Shown here one piece after another: positions 37,784 to 53,060 of a DNA stretch of 64,000 nt. Where the stretch lies: positions 18,724,001 through 18,788,000 of the forward strand of contig NC_042999.1 in NCBI RefSeq assembly GCF_006345805.1. The letters are read 5' to 3'. Made by a program: the position numbers and the translations under genes. Below the pieces are notes generated by a model that was not told the origin of the DNA, searched no databases, and was given only the letters and a program-made list of their open reading frames with translations. This DNA comes from Octopus sinensis (taxonomy: Eukaryota). Position 1 is the first letter of the stretch. Each line of letters starts with the position of its first letter.

Positions 37784-39369
37784 ATATATTTTTGTGATAA
37801 ACCATCCAATTTGTTTCCTATTCCATTCGTCACCTACCTATCATTACTTATTAATGATATTGCTTAAGCCTCATGTTTTATCCATAAACATACAATTTCC
37901 TTTTTATGAATAACCATTTCAAAATATGTATGCCTCGTTCCGTTTCTTTTTAAATCCGCATTTTATGACCCCTTACTCTCTTCATATTTCTTTTCATACA
38001 TGAACTATTAAGATCCGGTCAACAATTACATATCACTAAAACATTTGTGTCGTAATCTAATTGATTTCCTTAAATATTAATTTAAAATTACTTAACGTTC
38101 GTAAACTATTAATATTTTTGTCATTAATTTCATTTACATCATATAAAAGATTTATTTTCCTCGATTATCATTCACAATATATAAATGTATCCTTTAGAAA
38201 CCAAAATGAATCTATTCAAATTACATTTTAATTTCCCATGCAAAACTGCTCATTTATTATAATCCTTGTTAGGCCTTATTTAGATTATTTTCTCACTAAT
38301 TCATTTGCCTTGAATCTATATTTTTTTAATCATTAAACATTTTTTATATATCATTTAAGAACCTAGTGATTTAACTGCCAAAAATTGTTAATCTAAAGTT
38401 TCGTTTTTTAATATCGATCTCACTCCCTTAATATTTCCGTTCCTTACGCTTACTCTCCTGCTCACTAGTAGTTTAATTTCAAAGGTAGCTTATTTAATTT
38501 TCACGTCTTTTAGAATATTTTTGTCTGAACCTCTACGATTTAAAGTGCATATTTTTAGAAAATGTTTTTCAATGTTCTCCATCTCTGTAATATGTTTTGA
38601 ATAATATATTCTTGTTTGACAATCATTGGGCGAAAAATCACGATGCATCTATTGACAATATATACTGTGTTACCTCTTTCTTTGATAACATCAAAATTAT
38701 TGCCAGCAGTGTATTTTTTCGACATATATTCAGATTTTTATTTACTATTTTGTCATCGGAATTTTTATCCCAAATGAATTTTCAGCCGTGATATCTGAAC
38801 AAAACATTTCTCAATGCGTTATCATATAACGTTACATAGAATTCAGTAGAATCTTTCCGGATTAGGGATGTTAAATAATAACAGTTTTATCAAGATTCTT
38901 CGTTAGTCCTCTCAAATGACTTGCCAATGAAATTTTATCAAGAAATATATGAACTGTTTTCAGTGTTTGTCACATTATCGCTGTCAAGAGCGTAGAAAAC
39001 GATTCTTATCAGATATAAAAATTGTATCTAGTGAAGGATTCTTGTTAAATTTAGCAAGCATTTTTTGACGGCGCCTCATTTCTTGGTGTTATACAGAATA
39101 TAATCTTGTGCTAAATCTTTCCAGCAGGAATTATTTTAGTCTTCTAAAACTATGCTCTTTATAAGGCATTGAAAATGTAACAGTCAAACTTTTAGTATTA
39201 CTTTAAATTCATATCTTGAATAAGTTTATGATCTGTGACAAAATACTCCTCCTGGATATGCATGTCATATCAGTTAGCACACGGTTCTGCATGAAATAAA
39301 CATATCATGTCTTCGCGTGTGTGATGAAAGACGTTCCAATGTTGTCAGTGACTGAATTAACTCTTTTAT

Positions 39370-39592
39370 AATTCTTTATTGCCCACAAGGGGCTAAATAT
39401 AGAGGGGGCAAACAAAGGAATTAAGTCGATTATATCCAGACCAGTGCGTAACTGGTACTTAATTTATCGACCCCGAAAGGATGAAAGTGAAAGTCGACCT
39501 CTGCGGAATTTGAACTCAGAACGTAACGACAGACGAAATACGGCTACGAATTTCGCCCGGCGTACTAACGTTTCTGCCAGCTCACCGCCTTG
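39370..39592 (-). mobile_element. SINE family A copy
   Basis: Head ggcggtgagctggcagaaacg, core, and tail tttagccccttgtgggcaataaag. Confidence 0.92.
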
Positions 39593-41041
39593 GCTGAATT
39601 AACTCTTTTAGCCATAGTTTGGAAGCATAAATACGTCTGCTTTTCCAGATGATAAAATTCTTGTTACAAGAATACTACAATCTCTTTAACAATAATTGTC
39701 ACAATGCTGGAGAAGCTCTCGATCTCCGTTTTGGAATCGTTAATCTTACTACACGTTTCTCTTCTTTTTTATCACATTGTATATTTATCGATACATATCT
39801 TTATTATTAGTGCAAGAAACTTACAATTGTATTAGCCAATATGTACAGTGAAGTTTCCTTCCGAAAATAGTGGACTATGAGACCGTATACTATAAGCACT
39901 CCATGTTAAAATATTTGAAATGTTTAACCCCTCAATTCAATAAACATAGGAAACATTTATATTTTTTTCGTAATTATTTCTGGCTCTTTGAGAGTGCATA
40001 ATTATGCGACGGGAGTGAGGTAAAAATACATATACATCTAATGCAATGAATTTGAATTCATTTTTCATATTTTAGATTAAACGAATAAAGTAAAAATGAA
40101 AAATTATATTTACAAGTGCAACCCTCTCAATAGAAAACTGGTTATTTCAGTGTATTTGCAAGATATTGCACACTCTTGATCAAAACATTTATGCCTAAAA
40201 GTATTTTCAAACAATTAGCTATTAAATTTGGTAATATACATTGTTCTAAATTTAAGTTTACCATTTACATTTCTCTGAAGTTCCTCTTAGGTTAATGTTG
40301 ATGATGATAACGAATTCAATACCGATTTTAATATAATTGAATAAAATTCATCAGGTTTTATGTACATTAAAAGAATAGAAAAAGTTACTGAAAGACAATG
40401 AGTGTTCCAAAAGTAAATATTTAATATATTAAAAGAAGTAAATATTCCTGATTTGAATTGTATTGTACCCAAAATGATATTTTTAAAACTATGCTTATGT
40501 AAATAAAAGTTTAACATAAATCTACAAATATTAATATGTTAAATAATTTATAAAATCTATAGAAATGCACAAGTTATTCTCTAATTGCGAAATACATTAA
40601 TATCTAATATGTTTTATTAATATTCATATATGTGATGATGCACTTAACGATATAAGTAAAACTGAGAGGCTATATACTACTATAACAATATTTAACAAAC
40701 ATTACACCCTATTCAATCTTCGGTTCTATTCTCTGGTAATATCAATTAAAAATTCAAAAGTATCTTTCGAACATTATAAGTAACATATGAAAGAGTATAT
40801 ATAGTTCGTGTATCAACTGACAATGAACGAGATGTTGAGCGGTACGTCGGAAAATATATTAATTGATTACGCAATCGACAAATGTAGATATAATTAGTAA
40901 TAAGAGCATCCAGGTTACTGAGTACAGATAATTCATCACAAAAATTTAGAATTAGGGGTGCAATAATACGTATTACTCTTTCATGCACTGTGCAATAAAT
41001 ATATTCATATACCTTACAACACAAGCACACACACATATACT

Positions 41042-41277
41042 CTTTTATTCTTTTACGTGTTTCGGTCATTTGACTGTGGCCATGCTGGAGTACCACTTTT
41101 AGTCGAGCAAATCCATCCCAGGACTTATTCTTTGTAAGCCTAGTACTTAGTCTATTGTTCTCTTTTGTTGCAGAACCGCTAAGTTATGGGGACGTAAACA
41201 CACCATCATCTGTTATCAAGCGATGTTGGGGGGGGCGCAAACAGGACGCACAAATACACACAGACACACATACACAA

Positions 41278-41344
<67 letters not shown>

Positions 41345-41490
41345 CGACGGGCGTCTTTCAGTTTCCGTTTACCAAATCCACTCACAAGGCTTTGGTCAGC
41401 CCGAGGCTGTAGCAGAAGACACTTACCCAAGTTGCTACGCAGTGGGACTGAACCTGGAACCATGCGGTTCGTAAGCCACTCCTGCGCCTA
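41042..41490 (-). mobile_element. SINE family B copy
   Basis: Full-length match with internal (CA)n(TA)n. Confidence 0.92.
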
Positions 41491-42435
41491 TATTTATGTA
41501 TTCTTTAAATTGTTTCAGGTTGAAATCACTAGTTGCCACATGTATTCGAATTTCGACATCAATGAACCAATAAAGTAACTTGCCATCCGTGTCCTCGAGT
41601 ACATGTGGTAACTATTGAAATTTTTTTTTAATTTTTCATTCCATTTGAAATTACTCTTATCCGTGGTTTCGGGTTTAACTGACCTTTTCAGCATCTAAGG
41701 TGTCCTGTTAGTGTTAGGGTTAGGTCTAGGTTTAGGTAATAGTTGCCATGGCAATATACATATTAACAACAAAAAAATGAAATTGAAGAGAGTGATGGAT
41801 GTTAAATGTGTATGAAGAAGAGGGTGAGCAGAGTAGAAAATAAAGATGATGATGATGATGATGATGATATACAATGTGTATGTCTGTGACAAAAGATAGA
41901 GTGAAGAAACTGTGTCATTGGTAGTGGTGGTAGTGGAGGCGGTGAAAGTGATGGCAGTTGTGTATAGAAATGTACACTGCTTTATATGAAAACTATGTTG
42001 TCTATTGACTCTATTGCGCTTGTTGGCCACTGGTACAATATCTCGAAATTTTCTACCATAGATATTTTCATAGTAAACATTTTTTTCATCCTGAAGAAAG
42101 TTGGTACGTCATTATTATTTGACACCGATTGTAGCTGCGCTTGCGCGGTTGATTTCAGAAATTGTAATGTATATTGATCGAACATGTGTCTCTTCAGTGT
42201 TCCTTAAATATACATTAATTATAGCGCCCACGCTGATGAGACACGAATGGCAAATTATTTGTTTATTGATGTCGAAACTCAAGTACAGGTGGGGTGGGGA
42301 CTATTTAACTGTTTTTATTTTTCATTCCCTTTTAATTATTCTTATCCGTGGTTTGGGTTTTAACTGCCTTTTTCAGCAGGAAAGGTGTCCTTTTTGAGTC
42401 ACTTCTTTTTTGTATAGAAATAAATATATACGTAT

Positions 42436-42466
<31 letters not shown>

Positions 42467-42557
42467 ATCTACCGCTAGGGAGGCTCAAACATTTTAAGGC
42501 GGTGCTACATCATCATCGCAGGCAAATGACTGAAACAAGTAAAAAAGAAACGAATAT

Positions 42558-42603
<46 letters not shown>

Positions 42604-43329
42604 CGTGTGTGCCTGCGTGTGTATGTGTGTGTGTATTTATGTATTTATATATATATATACACACATATATATCTTTTAAATTTGATTATGGGAAACGATT
42701 TGAATATGCAAATAGAATCCTACTCTTTAATCACGGCCGCTTTCTAATGATGCTGACTAGCGAACCAGTTTTTTCGTTACATCTAGTTGTACTGATATAA
42801 TGTACGATGAATATAATAACAAAAATAATCCTTCGATGGAATTTATAAACATTTAATGCATCGCTACGCGCAATTCAGCACAAGACATGCCTCTTAAGAT
42901 CAAAGACCGTATTGCTGAAATGCTGAAATGATTACACTAGTGTCTGTAGTATCCCCATATATCCAGTTGATCATCCTCATGGATTCATTTCTTCTGGCGA
43001 TATCGCATTAATGGATGTACTTTAGAGGGGCGTATATCCCATTTTACAAGTCTGACGTTTAAGCAAGTTACGTGTATTATTCCTCTGTGTATTTGATTGT
43101 GGGAAGGAGAGTTTGTGGAAATTGAGGAAGGTATGGCAGTTATATCGGATTGGTGGTGTGTGTTTTTCTGTTGGACTTTTCAGCTCTCATTTCAGCTGAT
43201 TTTAAGGATGGTACTACATGCTTTTGTTTGTTTCAATTTATGGCATGCCTGTCTTCCATAAATTCTGAAAACAAGAGGTCACTTGGTACTGCTACTATCT
43301 ATAAGTTGTTTGTGTTTGTTAACCGAAGT

Positions 43330-43516
<187 letters not shown>

Positions 43517-45694
43517 TGTGAGACAGTGAGAGAAGAACACGGACATATATTCATAAGTATGTGTTTGAGGGGGTTGTTTTATTTCTCAGACAGATAGTAC
43601 AAATGTCTGAGATGAAATACGTCTAGAGACCATTGTGAATGTGTTTATATGCTTAAGGCCAAAAGGTAAGAAGAATCACTAGAAATGCGTTGCTTTAAAG
43701 TCGTCCATTACCATATTATTTTAAATCAGACAAAGATCAATGTTGTTTTCCCTTACATCATGTTCGAGAGATAATATACCAGTCTAGTACTGGTTTTGAT
43801 TGTATCGTCTTCAAAATTAACTGTATTATGCGTAAATAAAACAAAAATAATACTTCTTGATAAGTATATTTTCTGAGAAAGCGTTTTGTTGTTTACCCTC
43901 CTACTATCAAACATTTTTCTTCTAAGGAAAAAACACAGTGTGTATTCAATTAAAAGATACAGAGTAATCTTTTAGTTTAATGGCAAATTGCTTTATATAT
44001 AATTTTACATAGAAATTAACATTAATTGTATAAATTGTATAATTGTATTAATTGTATAAATTTATATATGTATCTACATGTATATGTATGAATACTTGTC
44101 CGTATATTGGATTGTATAATTCCTATTTCTGCATATATATCATTCAATATGAGAACAATTGCAGAAATACATTTCTTTTCTGTTTTTATTTACTTATTAG
44201 ATATTCTTTCGTGTGTTTACTAAGATAATCTTCTTACATGACAACGCTAATTACAACATAGTACCAGAAACGCATATCTAAGTGAATATCTTGGTAAATA
44301 ATTATATAGCAACATATATTTATATAGCAACAGCAACAAAACTTAAATGTATGTAATCTTCAAATTTATTTCAAAGGACATTCAAATTATGCCATTGCCC
44401 TTTCAGAATTGGTTTGAACTTTTCAATCAAACATTTTTCTTTTCACTTCTCTGAATTTCCCTCCAATTCTTAAGGTTATAATAATATAATTGCATTGCAA
44501 TATATTTCAAAATATTTACTTAAAGATGTCTGTCTCACACACAAAATCCTATGCATTGGCTTGTTTCTAACCAAGAATATCAATTTTGTGTAATATATAT
44601 TTGGTCATCATTCGACATTTGACATAGTTAATTCAGGTCTCATATATGATTTTCATACAAAGCTATTTGCTTCTAAATACCTAATATCTGTATAAGAATT
44701 TCAATGTCGCGTCGAAAGAGGAAAAACAAGTGAATCGACATTATTGTGTAAGCGTAACATTCTTGACGACACGGACTCCAAGCTAATTCACATCAGCTCA
44801 TGAGATTTATTAAATAAAATTTTGGTGCTGCTTTTCAAACAAATAACAGCCGAAAAATATTAGACAATTCTTAACAATTACAAAATTACAAAATAATCCA
44901 CAGTAAGTGCAATAACAAATATTAATATACGTGTCAGTTTGTATATTATAGACATTTCATATGCAAACAGGGCATGTTGCAATAATTCATTGACGTATTA
45001 CATATATTGCTAATTCTGTGACATATGTGAAGCCAAAAGAATGGAAAAGTGTTATACTGAGAATTTGAAACCACTTCCAACTGGACAAATAATAATATAT
45101 GAATATAGTTTCATTTGAAAACAACATTCACTCTTAAACCGGTGAGATAAAAGTGTTAATTTCCTTCGAAATGCAAACATTCCCCTAAATATTCAATTAG
45201 ATATAGGTATTGTTACAATGTAAATATTTATATTGATATAATTACTATTACTAAAACAACATTTATCTCATAGAGTTGTAAAAACATAAATACTTTTAGA
45301 AAATATAAAAATAAAATATAAATACAAAAAAATAAATTACAAAAACCAACTTTATTGGAATTTAGACGTAAGTAAAAATATTCTCCTGTCTGATTTTGCT
45401 ATTTATATGGCATCATATATACATACATACACACACACACATATATCTATATATATCTATATATATGAGTGTGTGCATGTGTTTATGAATGTGTATATTA
45501 ATACATATACTTCAAGTATATACGGTTATGTTTGTTTATTCGTGTCTAATTCAAGTGATTGTCAATTTATATATATATATTCATTATTCCGATTTTTAGT
45601 TTGTAGGATTGTGTTTTTGCACGAACTGTTGATATGCATATGCATAAACGTTTGAATATGTATTTTTGTATAGAAATATGTCTGTGTATGTAAG

Positions 45695-45744
<50 letters not shown>

Positions 45745-45775
45745 CAATGCGCATGCATGGACACATACGCACACA

Positions 45776-45819
<44 letters not shown>

Positions 45820-46164
45820 GTATTACATATAGCATTTAAGGTAAACGTGTGTCTCTATACATTATCTGTATAGACACCTGTTCATATTAATGACATATTA
45901 ACGAGATCATAAACAACTTCTATTATATATGAACATTTCTCTTACGTTTTATATTCCCGTATTTGTACTTTTGTTATTTTCGTACTGTTTATATTATCTA
46001 TTTCTTTTCCATTTGTATAATTATTATTTTTTATACAGAGGATGCTATTTTGTACAAATGTTTTTTAATCATATTTTTTGTATGCATGTAGAGATTTATT
46101 AATATCGTCTATTACTAATTTCCAAACTGTATCATTATATTTAAAGTTTGTCTGGTTATATGAA

Positions 46165-46525
46165 TTATATACATTCTCACAAGAGTGCTTTATACCTCGA
46201 CAAGAATAATGTCATTAAGACCCCATAATATAGCAATGATATCTCAGCTTACAAACAAGTTTAAACATAGTTACTTCTCTTTGGATTCTTCAGGTTTTTT
46301 TCTTTTTACCTGAAGCTTTTATTTTCACTTTCATAGTTTTTTATATTTTCCTTGCATGACCAGGCACTTAACATATCCTAATGGCCCACAATTACATTCA
46401 TATGATGTTTGTTTTGGAATAGAACATATTTATTTATATATATTGATACCAGTATTAACCTTAAAGTTTCTATATTATTACCTGTGACAAGACACGTAGC
46501 TACATAATTTCACAGATCAGCAAAT
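46165..46525 (-). repeat. ~360 bp segment duplicated in inverted orientation at 57704-58062
   Basis: The reverse complement aligns along its length (ctgatctgtgaaatt...cacaggtaataatatagaa...gcactcttgtgagaatgt), about 85% by eye. Confidence 0.88.
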
Positions 46526-46811
46526 ATCCAACTATTGACAAAACGTTCTTTTACATCTCTTATACAATTTCTTCCTCTATCATGCTCTACTTCGCGAGCG
46601 GCTTCACAAAAGTATTTCAACGCACTCTAACATATTGACACACAACATATGCTCTACTATTTCTTAGAGCATTTAAAAAATTATACACAAAATTGGTATG
46701 TAACACAAATCACCTCCATTATACATACACACACATACCCTATAATACACACAGATAGATAGATATACAGACAGACACACAGTTAGATATATATATATAT
46801 AATATATATAT

Positions 46812-46812
<1 letters not shown>

Positions 46813-46892
<80 letters not shown>
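46813..46892. repeat. (TAGA)n microsatellite
   Basis: Directly visible; a second tract lies at about 47261-47345. Confidence 0.95.
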
Positions 46893-46894
<2 letters not shown>

Positions 46895-46896
46895 TA

Positions 46897-47093
46897 CATA
46901 TGAGAGGGATGACCACTATGTGGACAATACTTATGCTAGAAGTAGATCCACTATGGTCTTACCACTAAGAAATGTTCTCAAGAAAAATATTAGATAACAC
47001 CACAAAGTTTGAGGACATTTCTTATTGGTAAAACCACAGCGGATCTACTTCAAGCATAATGGCTGTCTACATAGTGGTCATCCCTCTCATATG
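46897..47093. mobile_element. MITE-like foldback (~200 bp, ~85 bp imperfect arms, TA-flanked)
   Basis: catatgagagggatgaccactatgtggac... versus ...gtctacatagtggtcatccctctcatatg; the arms continue imperfectly to a ~26 nt spacer. Confidence 0.8.
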
Positions 47094-47206
47094 TATATAA
47101 TGCAATTTACTGAGCCTTCAGATTTTAATATGCTAGACCACTGTTGTTAAACTGATGTTAATTAAATTAACATCCAATTTCTCACTCTCATTTTAAATTT
47201 AAATTA

Positions 47207-47347
<141 letters not shown>

Positions 47348-49948
47348 TAGATTATACACTCACAAAAAATAGATATTTGTAAAAATATAAATATCGTGAT
47401 ATACATTTATGCATACATGCATATACATACATATACATACATATAGATGCACATACGTACACACACAGACATACGTACATTTACATATATACATACGTAG
47501 TAATGATTTTATATTTATGACATTGTTGGACGTAGTTTAAAGAACACCATAGTTTTGGCTGTCCGATCTCAACATCAGTGTCGTAGTTTATCCATTGGAT
47601 TTACTCCAGGAATTCTTTTCTATCCGTAAAGTTTTTATAAATATATCAGAAACAGAAAATGGAATTCACAAGACACTCTCTTCAGAACCAATACAATCGT
47701 TTCGACTCATCTTACACGCGTACTTTAGAGATAACATGCTGTACAATCAATTGTCATGCATTATAAGCGTGGAAGCGTCTCTTCAGCTGATGTTTCAAAA
47801 GAGCCTCAATTTTTACATGCTGTTTCGCTTATTTCTATAATAAATATATTGGGTAACGTAGCTTCAATATGTTTCCATTAGGAATTGAGAAAGAATGAAA
47901 GATTCTTTTTTCATATGAAGAATAAAGCCATAAAATATATAAAGTATCTAAGGATAGTGAGTTTGGACATCGTCTTCCTTGAATTTGAAAGAAAAAATTC
48001 TATTGGGGGTTATGGCTTAATGTAGGTGATGACCAAAGACCTAAATGTAAGTTCTTAAGTGTGACGAAGCGGATTGTGTTCATAGTGACATAAGAACTCC
48101 AAAAATGTATAAGAGTCAAAATTTTACAACACACATACACATATACACACTTACATATACACACTCACATATTATAAACTAATGTTGGAAACATCTAATG
48201 TGTTTGGTATTATAAAGACAAGATATCAAATTTCGAACACAATACAGCACTGAAAATAGGAGACAGACTGGATATTTATACTTATAAGATGGAGAAATAT
48301 CATACATGAATAAACATCATACATGCATGGAGTTCCGATTTTATGCACCGAACAATGTATTATTGTTAAGCTGACATTGTTGCTAATGTAAAAGGAAATA
48401 GAATGGTGAAACTATTTTTTCTTTTTCAGAAAAAAGAATCCTTTTGGACTTACGACACTTTTGCATAATAGCAACGATACCTAGTGACAGGGACTGTAAT
48501 CGCCCAAAGACACCGGTGCAGAATTCCCTATGCTGATCGGTCAGTTTCAGCTAAATTCGTCGCCTCATGAGTAGGGACCACTGGATTCAGCTGAAACCAG
48601 ACTTAATTCTCTGTTAGTACATATGCTTTCACCATAAATATCCACGGATGATTTTTTCATTTAAAATTGCAATCTTTTTAATACTTTAATTTTTAACTTT
48701 TGATTTTTTTATTTTATTTCACGTATTATTGCGATGCTTTCACTCTTATTGTATTATTATCCTATGATTATCATTATTATTTTTATTACTTTTGAAATAT
48801 TATTATATTATGTTATTAATGTTATTGATATTGAATTTGTTGACGTTGATGTTGTCACCTTCATCATTTTTTTCTGGTATCATACACTATTCCGCAAATT
48901 ATTTTCATACTTTTTTTTCATATCTAAGTTTGCATTAATGCTAAATTTAAACATTTTAAGATTAGCTCAAATTTTAATCTCTTTTTTATTTGTCTAAAAT
49001 TTAAAGCCCGTCTAATCAGGTTATTTTAAATTTACACTTAATTATCAGCTACTTCAACTTGACATCATCCCATTTGTAACACTATCTCACAATCTATCAG
49101 TATTTATATCCTGGCTAAGAGAATTTCTGACTTCTAAAATTTGATTACCACTAATATCCCTTTATTTATATAATAGAATTTCCATACTTTGCTAGATAGC
49201 AACAAGTTTACAGCCTTAGACTAACCATGCCTATATTGGGCCCATATTAAACTCCAACACAAGGGTGGAAAAGATTTAGCATATATACAATGCTAATATG
49301 CTGATGAAAGTTGACCTCACTACAAACACTACTGTTTTATGACTGACCATCATCCAGATTGTAATAATACAATGCCCCTGCTTCTATTTAGTGACTCTCA
49401 TACCATCCACTTCCCTCTTTCCACCCCTTTGTTATATGTCGTCCTCTGTTTGCTATTCTACTTGCATCTTCCCATCTTCCCTACCCCTTCCCCATTCACT
49501 AGCTATTCCTTCAATTCTCTGCTTGTTATGACAAAAAATGGCCCTGATGAAAGTAGCGTTAATTTTCTTAGGTCGATCAATTTTTCTCACCAGATTGATA
49601 TGTCAATTAAGTATAGTCATTAGTAATGTACCAATAAAGACTGCTGGAGACAGCTGTAAGCAAAATGTCCTCCAAAAAAACCTTTGTAACGAGGTTTATT
49701 TAGCAGGGTCAGCCATATGGCATGCATTTTTTAGTATAGGTATTTGTTTTAGTGTCTTTTGAAGTTCAAAATTTGTGCAGTTAGGTGGACAAATGCTTTA
49801 TAAATGGCATTAGTAATAGTCCACTTGAATAAATGAAATAAAGGAATGTGCATGTTAGTTAAACTTATTAAGCAACTTATATGCATGCGCGAGCACACAC
49901 ACACACACACACACACCACACACACACTCACACACACACACACACACA

Positions 49949-50006
<58 letters not shown>

Positions 50007-50008
50007 AG

Positions 50009-50400
50009 CGCAGGAGTGGCTGTGAGGTAAGTAGCTTGCTTACCAACCACATGGTTCCGGGTTCAGTCCCACTGCGTGGCATCTTGGGCAAGTGTCTTCT
50101 GCTATAGCCCCGGGCCGACCAATGCCTTGTGAGTGGATTTGGTAGACGGAAACTGAAAGAAGCCTGTCGTATATATGTATATATATATGTATGTGTGTGT
50201 GTTTGTGTGTCTGTGTTTGTCCCCCTAGCATTGCTTGACAACCGATGCTGGTGTGTTTACGTCCCCGTCACTTAGCGGTTCGGCAAAAAGAGACTGATAG
50301 AATAAGTACTGGGCTTACAAAGAATAATTTGCTCGACTAAAGGCGGTGCTCCAGCATGGCCACTGTCAAAGGACTGAAACAAGTAAAAGAGTAAAGAGTA
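50009..50400 (+). mobile_element. SINE family B copy (well preserved)
   Basis: gcgcaggagtggctgtgaggtaagtagc...ggcggtgctccagcatggccactgtcaaaggactgaaacaagtaaaagagtaaagag. Confidence 0.93.
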
Positions 50401-50837
50401 AAATATGTACACGCATCCACACAATAGTAAAAATTATACACGTGTATTTATATATAAGCAACATATGTGTACGAATGTTTATATCTCTGTTAGCGTGTGC
50501 TGGTAATTTCGGTCATAGGAATACAAGAGTGAGAAATAGATGATGTGATGAATGTTTCAATTATTATATATCATTTTATGTACATGCATATATCCTAGTC
50601 ATTAAAACTTTCACAGAGATGAATCTCTCAGAATGAAAAGCTCTGAAGAAAATTGAAAACCACAAAGAATGAGAACACAAAAATAATGTCCACAGACAAG
50701 ATATTTATTGAAGGGATGAAAGAAATTGTGCACGTTGAAAGTAATACATTAAGAATGGTTTGCGCTTCCGAATACGTGATTCATTACATATGCAGAATTA
50801 TAAAGACACAAATACGCATACAGTCATCAGTGTACTA

Positions 50838-50881
<44 letters not shown>

Positions 50882-51024
50882 ATAGTGTGTATGTGCGAGT
50901 GTGTGCATGTGTATACACACACAGAGAAAGAGTGAGCTGGATAGATAGTTAGATAGATACGTACATACATACATATACATGTATACATATATATATATAG
51001 ATATATATATATATATATATTTAA

Positions 51025-51071
<47 letters not shown>

Positions 51072-51086
51072 CACACACGTATATAT

Positions 51087-51144
<58 letters not shown>

Positions 51145-51617
51145 CACACATACATAGGCATATATAACTTTAAATCTTTTAATCTAGACATAGTTATTTA
51201 GAAGTATAAGCCTAGAATATCGAGAAGAACAAGAAATTTACGGGAATGCACTTGTCAGAGAATTTCAAGGAAGAAATGAAAGCTTCCGTTAGTAATATCA
51301 TTTTCTTCAGAGAAGGATCAAACGACATGCATGTCAAGAGGGAATCTATTACCATATGCGTTCAATAGATATAATTCTATTCCATAAAATATCTACCAAC
51401 CTTTCGAGGCATAAAAACAACTTTAACAGTTCAGTAAGAGGATTGCATCAGAGAAACACAATACCATTTCCATATATGAGTGTATGCTATACACGACCAA
51501 TATTTTTATATCTGCAAATATGTGTATCGATACACAGAATTACACATGCATACATACATTCATACATACCTACATACATGGACACGTACATAAATGACAC
51601 ATACGTATATATATATG

Positions 51618-51671
<54 letters not shown>

Positions 51672-52149
51672 AGTGAAATATCGTATTTCTGCCGTAAGGC
51701 TTCATTTCCACACACGCCAACTTAATTTAATTCGTCCTTAGTCAAAAGACATATGTTGTTATATCATGTTATTATTTTTGTGTATTTGTGTGACAACGTC
51801 CGTTTTTTCCGTCCCTGTTTTTTTTATACATTCGCTGCTTCCTTCCAAGGAATCTAATACTCTTAGTTTCTCTCCTTGGTGCTGGCCAGATTGGAGCAAT
51901 CTCGAGTATAACCAGCCGAAATTGCAAAGATTATCTAGAACTCATCTGAAGAAAGAAAACTCCGAATGACTCGTCCTTGTTTTCCTTGTATTATCTATCT
52001 CGATGTTTTGTAGTCCCTTTTAGTATCATCTAATTGTCTGGATGTTTTGCGTTCTTGTCCGATTTTGTATTTGATATATATAAAATATTATGGAGTATAT
52101 CTCCAAACTTACAGGAAAAAATTCAATATAATATTAAATCAAATTTCAC

Positions 52150-52320
52150 AGTATACATATATAGTATAATACATTAGAGAAAAACCACTATCATGCAATT
52201 CAAACAATCATAGACATAGACCAATCATAATAAGAGATAAAAAATTATATTTTGAATTACAATTAAATCTAATCGAAAATCAATTCAATTTAAAATTATA
52301 GTCACTCTTCAGGTTAACAA
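52150..52320 (-). mobile_element. Diverged relative of the 18490-18700 repeat
   Basis: Shares attagagaaaaacc...caaacaat and gtcactcttcaggttaa. Confidence 0.4.
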
Positions 52321-52888
52321 TCATAACAACAATAGTTAAATAAACATGCAAATAGTGTTAAACAATATTTATTAATATGTACTTGCCTACAATACATTTA
52401 TTATGTTAAATATTTACGGTAAAAAAATAGAGTAAATAGAGAGAAAAATGTATTTATATGTGAAGATATAATTTAGCTTAATAGAAAACATTAATAAACT
52501 ATAGAATATCTTTAACCTAGCTATTCTCTAATATTAATTTCAATGTAAAAACGTGTAACTTACCGTTTATGAAATATTATTAAATATATTATTATTAAAT
52601 GTAAGTACTAGAAATATACTAAGGACTTTTAGTTAAACTAATATATTTTTACAATCTAAATCACAAAGTGACTAAATAATATTTTAAAAATTACGTTCAG
52701 ATATAATAAATCAACAATTAAACTCAATGTATTTACATAGTTTCTATAGCCATGTCTGTAGCAGAATGATTTTAGAAAAGAATGCATACCACGTTATGAC
52801 TACGATGATTGAGAGAGTAGGAGAGGAAATACTATTAGCAAATTACTATTTGTAAATCTCATAACGAAAGACATTCAGCAGCTGTACT

Positions 52889-53060
52889 TTGGAGTAAAGA
52901 TTGTTTGCCAACATAACATGGCAGTCCTGGTTTAGGACGAATGTTGCTGTAATTTCCCGGCGACATCGTCTCCAGCTGGCTATACGACACGATCTGTGTC
53001 TAAATATTTTCGAACAGGAGAATCTTGCCATGTTATGCTGGCAAACAATCTTTACTCCAA
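52889..53060. mobile_element. MITE-like element, 172 bp with 35 bp TIRs
   Basis: ttggagtaaagattgtttgccaacataacatggca versus the reverse complement of the right end: 34/35 identical. Confidence 0.8.

Noticed and set aside
43590-43665. Strong acceptor and donor pair (ttctcAG ... aagGTAAGA)
   Set aside because: Stops in all three frames; could be a non-coding exon, but nothing else supports it.
51945-51985. CTGAAGA aag aaaa ctcc GAATG in a Penelope-tail-like repeat
   Set aside because: GAAA is broken and no stem I partner can be found.
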